Virus record (IMG/VR): IMGVR_UViG_3300011335_000256
Location: 1-55,456 of that record
Reading direction: 5' to 3' (one strand)
Source of the DNA: a virus
Lineage: Duplodnaviria; Caudoviricetes
DNA length: 55,456 nt
Shown here one piece after another: positions 1-7,932 of the stretch. A model generated the notes under the pieces. It was not told where the DNA came from. It ran no database searches and worked only from the letters and a program-made list of their open reading frames with translations. The position numbers and the translations under genes are program-made. Each line of letters begins with the position of its first letter. The first letter of the stretch is position 1.

Positions 1-18
1 CCACCCTGGGCTAAGTAA
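1..18 (+). CDS. 3' end of an upstream gene (…PPWAK*), possibly a DUF669/SSB-like protein
   Basis: CCA CCC TGG GCT AAG TAA; a C-terminal PPW tail is typical of phage DUF669/SSB-like proteins; followed by a UUCG hairpin. Confidence 0.35.
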   Translation, partial: PPWAK

Positions 19-22
19 CACC

Positions 23-45
23 AACTGCCCCTTCGGGGGCTAGTT
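23..45 (+). terminator. UUCG-tetraloop hairpin (terminator or mRNA stabiliser)
   Basis: GCCCC-TTCG-GGGGC with flanking AACT/AGTT pairing, directly after a stop codon; no clear U-tract. Confidence 0.55.
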
Positions 46-119
46 AGGCGAGGGGGTAGGTTGGCTGCAGTGCTTTTTGCAGTTGCCTTGCAGATTGGAC
101 ACCTTACCCCCTCACCTAA
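44..119 (+). promoter_or_regulatory. Long inverted-repeat leader structure upstream of the exonuclease RBS
   Basis: TTAGGCGAGGGGGTAGGT (44-61) pairs with ACCTTACCCCCTCACCTAA (101-119); inner GGCTGCAG/TTGCAGTT hairpin; RBS TAGGAG at 121-126. Confidence 0.55.
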
Positions 120-135
120 ATAGGAGAGCAAACAG

Positions 136-957
136 ATGGGCAAGATAGCGGATGCTATTGACGCAGCGGTTTTAGCAGAGCACGGTGAGGATCTGCGTTC
201 TCACATGGGGTACTCGAGCATCGGCGATGAGTGTGGGCGCAAGTTGTGGTATGGGTTTAGGTGGGTTGCCTCGCCCGCCTTTAAACCCACAACACTTCGT
301 CTGTTTGAGCGCGGGCATTTGGAGGAGAATAGGTTCGTAAGGTGGCTAAAGCTTGCAAACGTCACTGTCTTCCAAAACGATCCAGAAACGGGTAAGCAAT
401 ACCGGTTCAAAGGTTACAAAGGCCACGGGGGTGGTGAGATTGACGGGGTAGGTGTCGGCGTCATCTCCGACACACCTTATCTCCTTGAATTTAAAACACA
501 CAACGACAAGTCTTACAAAGACCTCGCGGCTAACGGCGTTGAGATGTCCAAGCCTATGCACTTTGTTCAGATGCAGATGTACATGGGACAGTATCAGCTC
601 TTGCAAGCACTCTATCTTGCCATAAACAAAAACACGGACGAAATTTATGACGAGTTGGTGATGTTTGATGCGACCGTCTACGCAAAGTACAAGGCGCGAT
701 TGGCAACTCTTGTTGACGCGCCCGAGCCCCCGCCTCGCCTTAGCAACAACCCGTCTTGGTTTGAGTGCAAGTGGTGCGACTTTCACGCCGTTTGCCACCT
801 GAAGGCCGAGCCTCTTAAGAATTGCCGCACCTGCGCACACAGTACGCCGGTTGAAGACGGGCAGTGGTATTGTGAGAAGCCTGCTCACTTTCAACATATA
901 CCGATTGAGATGGTTAAGACAGGCTGCACCGCGTACCATCGCCACCCCATGGAATAA
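136..957 (+). CDS. Cas4-like PD-(D/E)XK exonuclease
   Basis: EIDG…LLEFKT…QMQMYM nuclease motifs; N-terminal Cys plus CKWCDFHAVC Fe-S-type cluster; extra CRTC…WYC tail. Confidence 0.85.
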   Translation: MGKIADAIDAAVLAEHGEDLRSHMGYSSIGDECGRKLWYGFRWVASPAFKPTTLRLFERGHLEENRFVRWLKLANVTVFQNDPETGKQYRFKGYKGHGGGEIDGVGVGVISDTPYLLEFKTHNDKSYKDLAANGVEMSKPMHFVQMQMYMGQYQLLQALYLAINKNTDEIYDELVMFDATVYAKYKARLATLVDAPEPPPRLSNNPSWFECKWCDFHAVCHLKAEPLKNCRTCAHSTPVEDGQWYCEKPAHFQHIPIEMVKTGCTAYHRHPME

Positions 958-960
958 CCT

Positions 961-2535
961 ATGAAGCTGCGCTACTACCAAGAAGAGGCAGTCGATAGCG
1001 TCTACCAATACCTATCGACACAGCCGGGTGACCCTATTATTGCGCTACCCACGGGCACAGGTAAGTCAATCGTTATAGCAGCATGGTGCAGGCTTGTGCT
1101 CGAGCACTTTCCAGAGCAGCGCATTCTGGTAGCCACGCACGTTAAGGAGTTGATTGAGCAGAATCATCAGAAGTTGTTGACCTATTGGCCGACGGCACCT
1201 GCAGGAATTTACTCAGCCTCTGTAGGTAGGCGGGAAGTTGCGCCTATTACCTTTGTGGGCATCCAAACAGTTGCTAAGCGCTTTGCAGAGTTTGGCAAAG
1301 TTGACTTGCTGTTGATTGACGAATGCCACCTGGTGGGCGATGGTCAAAATACTCAGTACCTTCAGTTTATAGATGGGCTCAAACTCACCAACCCCCACCT
1401 TCGAGTCATCGGGTTAACAGCGACGCCTTACCGACTCGGGATGGGCATGATCACAGACGGTGGAATTTTCACAGACGTCTGCTACGACATGACAGAGCGG
1501 CAGAGCTTTAACCGGCTAGTTGCGCAAGGTCACATAGCGCCCCTAATTTGCCGAAAAACAACGACCGAGTTGGATGTGTCTGCAGTGCATAAGCAGGCGG
1601 GTGAGTACATGCAGAAAGAGCTGCAGGACGCGGTTGACAAAGCACCTATTACCGCGGCCGCGCTAAAGGAAACACTCGAACTTGCAGGTGATCGAAAGCA
1701 TTGGCTTATCTTTGCTGCGGGCATTGGGCACGCTCACAACATCGCGGGGATGCTTGAGCTAATGGGCATACCCTCAACCGTGGTATCGGGCGACATGCCG
1801 AAGAAAGAACGAGAGCGGGCGTTGCACAGGTTTAAGACAGGTGTGTATCGGGCGGTTGTCAACAACAATGTGCTGACCACTGGATTTGATTTTCCCGGCA
1901 TAGACCTCATCGTCATGCTCCGCCCCACGAGTTCGCCCGGCTTGTGGGTGCAGATGCTTGGCCGCGGGACGCGACCCGCAGACGGAAAGGCGAACTGCCT
2001 TGTGCTTGATTTTGCAGGCAACACGAGGCGTCTTGGGCCTATCAACGACCCGGTTATTCCGCGCAAGAAAGGCAAAGGAGGAGGGGGCACTGCACCCGTT
2101 CGCATCTGCCCTAACTGCGCAACGTACAACCACGCATCTGTAAGAGTGTGCGAGGCGTGTGGGCACGAGTTCCCAACGGTTATAAAGATTGAGGCGTCGG
2201 CAAGTTTGCAGCAAGTGGTGGCGGATGACTTGCCTCAGATCGTCAACTTTCAAGTTGACTCAGTTTTGTACCGAGAACATGTGAAGTTAGGCAAACCCAC
2301 CTCACTCCGCGTCACCTACGTCTGCGGGTTGCGACGGTTTGATGAGTGGGTTTGCTTTGAGCACACAAGCTACGCAGGACACCGGGCAAAGTTATGGTGG
2401 GAGGAGCGGGCGAAGAAGCCAAGCCCTGTAACTGTTGCAGACGCATTAGTTAGGGCGGGCGAGATCGCACAACCCTCTAATATCCGCGTATGGATCAACA
2501 CAAAGTATCCGGAGATTATGGGTTATGAACTCTAA
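961..2535 (+). CDS. SF2 DEAH-box DNA helicase (RadD/YejH-like) with C-terminal Zn finger
   Basis: LPTGTGKS, LIDECH, GLTATPYR, TTGFD, QMLGRGTR; CPNC…CEAC. Confidence 0.92.
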   Translation: MKLRYYQEEAVDSVYQYLSTQPGDPIIALPTGTGKSIVIAAWCRLVLEHFPEQRILVATHVKELIEQNHQKLLTYWPTAPAGIYSASVGRREVAPITFVGIQTVAKRFAEFGKVDLLLIDECHLVGDGQNTQYLQFIDGLKLTNPHLRVIGLTATPYRLGMGMITDGGIFTDVCYDMTERQSFNRLVAQGHIAPLICRKTTTELDVSAVHKQAGEYMQKELQDAVDKAPITAAALKETLELAGDRKHWLIFAAGIGHAHNIAGMLELMGIPSTVVSGDMPKKERERALHRFKTGVYRAVVNNNVLTTGFDFPGIDLIVMLRPTSSPGLWVQMLGRGTRPADGKANCLVLDFAGNTRRLGPINDPVIPRKKGKGGGGTAPVRICPNCATYNHASVRVCEACGHEFPTVIKIEASASLQQVVADDLPQIVNFQVDSVLYREHVKLGKPTSLRVTYVCGLRRFDEWVCFEHTSYAGHRAKLWWEERAKKPSPVTVADALVRAGEIAQPSNIRVWINTKYPEIMGYEL

Positions 2536-2710
2536 ACTACAAGACGAACTTCACCGCGCACTGATACAAGATTGCATTGTGCACTCTTGCCTTAATTGTG
2601 AACAATTCAACGCTGAAAAAGAACGCTGTACTCACGCTCCCGAGCACCCGTTGCCAACAACTGTAGTTGTGTACGGTTGCAAAAGTTGGGAGCCGAGCAT
2701 CCCATTTTGA
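2525..2710 (+). CDS. Small Cys-rich hypothetical protein
   Basis: 61 aa, CLNC…C…GCKSW, overlaps helicase stop, ends in IPF. Confidence 0.65.
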   Translation: MNSKLQDELHRALIQDCIVHSCLNCEQFNAEKERCTHAPEHPLPTTVVVYGCKSWEPSIPF

Positions 2711-2711
2711 T

Positions 2712-2727
2712 TATATACCGGTATAAT
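2712..2727 (+). promoter_or_regulatory. -10 box TATAAT overlapped by palindrome TATACCGGTATA (putative operator)
   Basis: Perfect 12-bp palindrome 2714-2725, TATAAT 2722-2727, in the gap before the que operon; near-identical copy at 9934-9945. Confidence 0.55.
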
Positions 2728-2735
2728 GACACATC

Positions 2736-2969
2736 ATGGCATCAAATTTTAAAAACGGCGTAAAGGTCCCAAAGGTTGGCAGTGTCAACCGCCGCGTCTG
2801 GGACATATCTTGGGAGGTCCTTAAGACAGATACTCCTAAGTTGAGGCGCGATGTTCTCAAACGCTGCGCGGACGAAGGCATCAAAGTATCGACCGCCTCG
2901 GTCGAGCATTGTGTGTGGAGAAGGTATGTGGGTTTAGTTAAACAATTTAAGAAAGTAATCAAGAAATGA
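2736..2969 (+). CDS. Small basic putative DNA-binding protein
   Basis: 77 aa, Lys/Arg rich, NGVKVPK…VWDI…STASVEHCVWRRY helical pattern; first gene after the palindrome. Confidence 0.6.
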   Translation: MASNFKNGVKVPKVGSVNRRVWDISWEVLKTDTPKLRRDVLKRCADEGIKVSTASVEHCVWRRYVGLVKQFKKVIKK

Positions 2970-3754
2970 AAACAAAAGCACTAGTAGTGTTAAGCGGGGG
3001 ACAGGACTCAACTACTTGCCTGTTCCTTGCTAAACAAAAGTATGCTGAATTGCACGCCATCACTTTTGACTACGGGCAGCGGCATCGCCTTGAGATCGAC
3101 TGCGCGGTGCGCATTGCCAAGATGGCAGGCGTTGCGAGTCACGAGGTTGTTGAGGTGCCGCGGTGCCTTATCTCCATGTCGCCTTTGGTTGACAAGTCGG
3201 GCGTGCTCGAGAAGTACGAGAATCCAGAGCAGATGGAACAGGTCATAGGCAGCCGCCGAGAACTTACGTTTGTTCCGATGCGGAACGCACTGTTCTTAAC
3301 TATTGCCGCGAACCGTGCAGAAGCGCTTGGCATCCCTGTCATCATCACAGGCGTCTGTCAAATGGACAACGCAAACTACGACGACTGCCGCGAGGTGTTC
3401 ATTAACGCGACTGAGCGCTACATCAACACAGCGCTCGGCCATGATCACCGCGGCACACAGCCCATCATCATTGAGACGCCTTTGATGTTCAAAGACAAGG
3501 CAGAGTCTGTGCTTACGGCTTTTGAGACGCCCGGATGCTGGGAGGCGCTTGCGTACTCACACACATCCTACGACGGCAAGTATCCACCAACCGACATGAA
3601 CCACGCCAACGTCCTGCGCGCCGATGGGTTTGAGAAAGCAGGATTGCCTGACCCGCTCGTACTGCGCGCTTTTAATGAAGGCGCCATGGCGCTTCCCAAA
3701 ACTAAGAATTACAACGTGGCCGCGCTTCTTAAGGGGCATATCAATGTTTGGTAA
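2966..3754 (+). CDS. queC: 7-cyano-7-deazaguanine synthase QueC (Zn-binding Cys motif absent)
   Basis: VVLSGGQDSTT, FDYGQRH, TFVPMRN, YDDCR, TPLM motifs. Confidence 0.95.
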   Translation: MKTKALVVLSGGQDSTTCLFLAKQKYAELHAITFDYGQRHRLEIDCAVRIAKMAGVASHEVVEVPRCLISMSPLVDKSGVLEKYENPEQMEQVIGSRRELTFVPMRNALFLTIAANRAEALGIPVIITGVCQMDNANYDDCREVFINATERYINTALGHDHRGTQPIIIETPLMFKDKAESVLTAFETPGCWEALAYSHTSYDGKYPPTDMNHANVLRADGFEKAGLPDPLVLRAFNEGAMALPKTKNYNVAALLKGHINVW

Positions 3755-4433
3755 AAATATTCCCATCTCGCAGGCGCTTGACCCTCTCGGCGTGCTCAAC
3801 GTTGTAAGCATCTTCTACACCATTCAAGGTGAAGGTCCTTACGCGGGGTTTCCTGCCGTATTCTTGCGACTCGCAGGGTGTAACCTTCGATGCAGTTGGT
3901 GCGATACTGACTTTGAAACAGGCGCTCACTCTATGCTTGCAACCGAGGTTTACGACGAAGTACTAAAGCAGTCAAAAGGGCGAGCAGAAATATGCGTTAT
4001 TACAGGCGGCGAGCCGATGCTCCAGAACATTGTGCCCGTCATCAAATTGCTTAACCACTACGGGCTAAAGGTGCAGATCGAGACAGCAGGCACCGTGTGG
4101 GTGTCTGGTTTAGAAAAATGCGACTACACCATTGTCTGCTCGCCCAAGACGCCTAAGATCAACCCTATCGTCAGCGACAACTGCCGACACTTTAAGTACG
4201 TCGTGGGCGTAGGCGATCAGATTGAGCATGGGCGTGTTGTGACCGCAACGCAACCGGGCGCAAAACCCGCAGCGCTTGCGTACCCAGACAAAGGCAAACA
4301 CATTTGGGTACAACCTCGCGACGACCACGACGAGGAAAAGAATGCGGCTAACTTAGCTTTTGCTCGCGACTTTTCTCTTGAGTATGGTTATCGCATGGGT
4401 GTACAGTTACATAAGATTATCAACGTGGAGTAA
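3744..4433 (+). CDS. queE: 7-carboxy-7-deazaguanine synthase QueE (radical SAM)
   Basis: IFYTIQGEG, RLAGCNLRCSWCDT, ITGGEP, IETAGT, SPK, QLHK; ATG 3744 chosen (AAGGGG upstream, overlaps queC end). Confidence 0.95.
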   Translation: MFGKNIPISQALDPLGVLNVVSIFYTIQGEGPYAGFPAVFLRLAGCNLRCSWCDTDFETGAHSMLATEVYDEVLKQSKGRAEICVITGGEPMLQNIVPVIKLLNHYGLKVQIETAGTVWVSGLEKCDYTIVCSPKTPKINPIVSDNCRHFKYVVGVGDQIEHGRVVTATQPGAKPAALAYPDKGKHIWVQPRDDHDEEKNAANLAFARDFSLEYGYRMGVQLHKIINVE

Positions 4434-4436
4434 ACT

Positions 4437-4592
4437 ATGAAGAGACAAGCCAAGAAACTTTTTAAATGTGTTGACGGCCCCTACAAAGGGCGCACCTTGC
4501 GCCTTGCGGCAGATGGCACTACATTTGTCTTTACTACAAGCGGCCAAACAGGTCGGTATATCAGAGGAAAATGGCATGCCCAAGTATCGTAG
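4437..4592 (+). CDS. Small hypothetical protein (51 aa)
   Basis: MKRQAKKLFKCVDGPYKGRTLRL…; fills the queE-queD gap exactly; below the ORF-track cutoff. Confidence 0.5.
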   Translation: MKRQAKKLFKCVDGPYKGRTLRLAADGTTFVFTTSGQTGRYIRGKWHAQVS

Positions 4593-5031
4593 CACTAAAA
4601 CATACACGTCTGAGCGTGGGTATGCGGTAGCGTATAGACAGTGGCGTGCGGAATCGCATTGCAACAAGTTACACGGCTACGCACTCGGGTTTCACTTTGA
4701 GTTTGAGTCAGACGACCTTGACGCTCGCAACTGGGTGGTTGACTTTGGGTCACTAAAGTCGCTAAAAGCAAAACTTGACGATTGGTTTGACCACACTTGC
4801 CTTGTGTCCGAGGATGATCCAAAGTTTGCGTGGTTTGAACAGGCGCACAAGGACGGCATGATCAAAATGGTCGTAGTTGCTAAGACAGGGTGCGAAGGCC
4901 TTGCAGAATGGCTTTATCAGTACATCGATGAGGTGTGGATGCCTGAGAATGGCTACGCTGATCGGTGTCGCATTGTCAAAGTTGAAGTTCGAGAAACGCC
5001 GAGCAATTCGGCCTCATACAACAGGAGTTAG
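4576..5031 (+). CDS. queD: QueD-like 6-carboxytetrahydropterin synthase (CxxxHGY variant)
   Basis: YRQWRAESHCNKLHGY, WVVDFG, FDHT, EVRETP; ATG 4576 after GAGG. Confidence 0.88.
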   Translation: MPKYRSTKTYTSERGYAVAYRQWRAESHCNKLHGYALGFHFEFESDDLDARNWVVDFGSLKSLKAKLDDWFDHTCLVSEDDPKFAWFEQAHKDGMIKMVVVAKTGCEGLAEWLYQYIDEVWMPENGYADRCRIVKVEVRETPSNSASYNRS

Positions 5032-5032
5032 A

Positions 5033-5581
5033 ATGTCCGAGCAAATAATCCGAGACCTTCTTGTGTATATCGGTGAAAACCCCGACCGTGAAGGACTCCA
5101 GGATACCCCGGCGCGAGTGTTGAGGGCGTGGAGTTTTTGGACCCGAGGTTACGGGATGGATGCCGCGAGCATTCTCAAAGTGTTTGAAGATGGCGCAGAA
5201 GGTTGCGACCAGATGGTTGTGCGCAAAAACATCCCGCTCTACAGCAAGTGTGAGCATCACCTCGCAGACATCATTGGTATTGCAACAGTTGCCTACATTC
5301 CGCGTGGCAAGATCGTCGGATTGTCAAAACTCGACCGCCTTGTGACGATGTATGCACGGCGCCTACAGGTGCAGGAGCGAATGTGCAACCAGATTGCTGA
5401 CGCCTTGCAAACACACTTAAACCCGATTGGCGTGGGAGTGTGGATATCAGCACGGCACATGTGCGTTGAGTCGCGTGGCGTGCAGCACGCAGACAGTACG
5501 ACCATCACAACGGCATTAAGAGGCGCGATGCTTGACGAGCCCGCAGCTCGCGCTGAGTTCCTCGCCATGTGCCGCGGGTAA
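5033..5581 (+). CDS. folE: GTP cyclohydrolase I
   Basis: REGLQDTPARV, SKCEHH, IVGLSKL, RRLQVQER, HMCVESRGV; AGGAG RBS. Confidence 0.96.
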   Translation: MSEQIIRDLLVYIGENPDREGLQDTPARVLRAWSFWTRGYGMDAASILKVFEDGAEGCDQMVVRKNIPLYSKCEHHLADIIGIATVAYIPRGKIVGLSKLDRLVTMYARRLQVQERMCNQIADALQTHLNPIGVGVWISARHMCVESRGVQHADSTTITTALRGAMLDEPAARAEFLAMCRG

Positions 5582-5584
5582 CCC

Positions 5585-6520
5585 ATGAACCTTTACCAAT
5601 CGGGGACACCCGTCAACGATGAGTACCAAGAGGTAGAAGATTCGATTGTTACGCATCGACTCTTCTCACTTCACGGGCCTTACCGCAAGGCGGTTCTAAG
5701 GTGGGCGGAAAACGCGAAGTCGCGCACCAAGCGACCCACTCACATTATGCTAGATTCTGGCGCTTTCAGCGCGTGGAACAAAGGGCATGAGGCGACGCTC
5801 GACAACGTGGTGACTGCCTACGATGAGTTCTTGCAGATCGCGGGTGATTTGTTTACAGAAATCTGGATGATCAACCTCGACAAGATTCCTGGAAGCAAAG
5901 GTGGTCCAGAACCGACGCTTGCAGAACTTGACAATGCAACTCGCATATCAGACGAGAACTTAGCAGTCCTACAACACAAGTTTGGTGACCGTATTTTGCC
6001 CGTATTTCACCAAGGTGAGTCGCGTGAGAGGTTGGAGGTTGTGAAGTCGCAGGCTCATTACATCTGCGTCTCACCCCGCAACGACTTGCCTGAGCATCAG
6101 CGACGCAATTGGTCAATGGAAGTGCACGGTAGCACCAAAGGCAACAAGACGCACGGGTTGGCAACAACGGGCAACGACATGATGCGCCTCGTTCCTTGGC
6201 ATTCAGTTGACTCAGCCGCTTGGGTCTTACATTCTGCTTACGGCATTGTGGATATCTTCATGGGCGACCGCTACAAAGGGTTCTTTTTCTCAATCGAAGG
6301 CGGTAAGCAGAAGGAGGAGGGCATACATTACGACACAATCACGCAGGCGCTCCGGGACCGCATAGACGAAAGGTTGAAACTCTATCCTTTTACGTTGCAG
6401 CAGATTAAGGAAAATTCGAGAATAAGGTCGCTGATCAACCTCGGCGAAATTCAGGCATCTTGCACATTGGCAAAGACAGCGGTTAAGGGCGCTGTCATGG
6501 AATCACTTTTTGGTTTTTAA
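5585..6520 (+). CDS. dpdA: DNA 7-deazaguanine transglycosylase DpdA (TGT paralogue)
   Basis: MLDSGAFSAW, NLDKIPG, PVFHQGE, THGL, SVDSAAW motifs; no TGT Zn-site tail; embedded in the que cluster. Confidence 0.85.
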   Translation: MNLYQSGTPVNDEYQEVEDSIVTHRLFSLHGPYRKAVLRWAENAKSRTKRPTHIMLDSGAFSAWNKGHEATLDNVVTAYDEFLQIAGDLFTEIWMINLDKIPGSKGGPEPTLAELDNATRISDENLAVLQHKFGDRILPVFHQGESRERLEVVKSQAHYICVSPRNDLPEHQRRNWSMEVHGSTKGNKTHGLATTGNDMMRLVPWHSVDSAAWVLHSAYGIVDIFMGDRYKGFFFSIEGGKQKEEGIHYDTITQALRDRIDERLKLYPFTLQQIKENSRIRSLINLGEIQASCTLAKTAVKGAVMESLFGF

Positions 6521-6531
6521 CAGGAGTATTT

Positions 6532-6987
6532 ATGAGCACCGTAGACACAAAACATCTTGAAGCACTCGGCAATTCAGCCGTCAACAAGCAACTCTACGCC
6601 AAGTCGGGCGTTGACGTTGCGTTGCTTGAGAAATTTGATTCACCGTACCGCCTGAAAGGGGTGCGCGGCATTGTAAACATTCGAGCACCTGAGTTCACCT
6701 CAATCTGCCCGCTTACAAGTCAACCCGACTTTGCGACCATCATCATTGACTACCAGCCGTTTGAGTACTGCGTTGAAAGCAAATCACTTAAGCTCTACCT
6801 CGGGTCGTTTCGCAACGAAGGCGAGTTCCACGAGTCGGTTTGTGCTCGAATTGCAAAGGACCTTGATGACTTAATCAAGCCACAGTGGCTCCGTGTTAAG
6901 TGCGAGTTTACACCTCGAGGCGGCATCCCCTTCTGGCCAACCGTCATCATTGGGGCTCTTCACGAATCGCTTAGCGGCGAGGTTTAA
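6532..6987 (+). CDS. queF: NADPH-dependent preQ0 reductase QueF (unimodular)
   Basis: PEFTSICPLTSQPDFA (catalytic Cys/Asp), QueF motif ESKSLKLY, FHE, FTPRGGI. Confidence 0.93.
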   Translation: MSTVDTKHLEALGNSAVNKQLYAKSGVDVALLEKFDSPYRLKGVRGIVNIRAPEFTSICPLTSQPDFATIIIDYQPFEYCVESKSLKLYLGSFRNEGEFHESVCARIAKDLDDLIKPQWLRVKCEFTPRGGIPFWPTVIIGALHESLSGEV

Positions 6988-7932
6988 ATGCTACAAGCGC
7001 TAAAGCGAGTACGGGCGGCAATCGCCCCTAACACGCTAGTGCCTGCCTTGTCACATATTCACCTCTACGGTGGACGTGTGCAGGCGGGTAATGGCAATGT
7101 GTTTATTGACGCGCCCACGTCTTTGGATTTGAACATCACGGTACCGGCGGCCCGTTTTGTTGCAGCCATTGAGGCATGTAAGGGCGCCCATTCTATTTCT
7201 ATTACTGAGAACCGAGCGACGGTGACGGGAAAGAAATTCAAAGCATGGGTGCCTTTGCTGTCGTCTTACCCTGTCGTTAAAGCAACTGAGGGCGAGCGGC
7301 ATGAGTGTCCTGGGATCTGCGCTGTGCTGCGCCAACTCTACGACTTTATTGGCACAGACGCTTCTCGCCCTTGGGGGTGTGCAGTCCTCTTTAAAAACGG
7401 GTACGCCTGGGCGACCAACAATAAGTCACTGATTCGCGTCCCGACGCAGGTCAAGGCGACCGTGGAGCTTCCTCACTTTGTAATCACAGAATTGCTGAAT
7501 GCGGAAGACGAGCCGTCAATATTTTCAGTTGCGAACAATTCGGTTACTTTTTTCTACGGCGACGGGGTGTGGGTGAGATCTCAGTTGTTTGCGGTCAACT
7601 GGCCAGACATTGCAAGGTTTCAGGCGATTATTGAGCAATCGGGTGAATTGGTGCCCGAAGGGTTGGTTGAGGCTGTGGAGACGCTGTCTGCCTTTGTGCA
7701 AGACTCAAAACTACCCGTCTTGCTGCTTTCCGAAAAAGGTGTATCGACGCAGGAGGGAGATCACTTTGCAGAAATTGCAGACATTGAGTTGCCCAACTGC
7801 GCCCACGACTCACGCTTGCTCCGCCTCGTGCTGCCAAAAGCAACCCACGTTAAGTTTGCAGCAAGCGGCCCCAATGTGTTCTACAACGAGCGGACAAAAG
7901 TGCGCGGGCTGTTTACTCCGTTTGCCGTATGA
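6988..7932 (+). CDS. DNA polymerase III beta-clamp-like protein
   Basis: 314 aa; ALKRV…VPALSHI start, TVPAARF, YP, WATN, NWPD resemble degenerate beta-clamp repeats; directly precedes the polymerase. Confidence 0.6.
   Translation: MLQALKRVRAAIAPNTLVPALSHIHLYGGRVQAGNGNVFIDAPTSLDLNITVPAARFVAAIEACKGAHSISITENRATVTGKKFKAWVPLLSSYPVVKATEGERHECPGICAVLRQLYDFIGTDASRPWGCAVLFKNGYAWATNNKSLIRVPTQVKATVELPHFVITELLNAEDEPSIFSVANNSVTFFYGDGVWVRSQLFAVNWPDIARFQAIIEQSGELVPEGLVEAVETLSAFVQDSKLPVLLLSEKGVSTQEGDHFAEIADIELPNCAHDSRLLRLVLPKATHVKFAASGPNVFYNERTKVRGLFTPFAV

Noticed and set aside
136-957. Cas4-like protein suggesting a CRISPR system
   Set aside because: No repeat-spacer array or other cas genes; solo Cas4-like exonucleases are usual in phage replication modules. 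The same applies to the DUF2800 gene at 39769-40842
3624-5032. Long N-terminal extensions and overlaps of queE, queD and folE in the ORF track
   Set aside because: Artefacts of the longest-ORF start choice; downstream ATGs at 3744, 4576 and 5033 have RBSs and match the family N-termini
5585-6520. Queuine tRNA-guanine transglycosylase for tRNA modification
   Set aside because: Lacks the C-terminal CxCxxC…H Zn site of tRNA TGTs; motifs and context match DNA-acting DpdA; no tRNA genes seen
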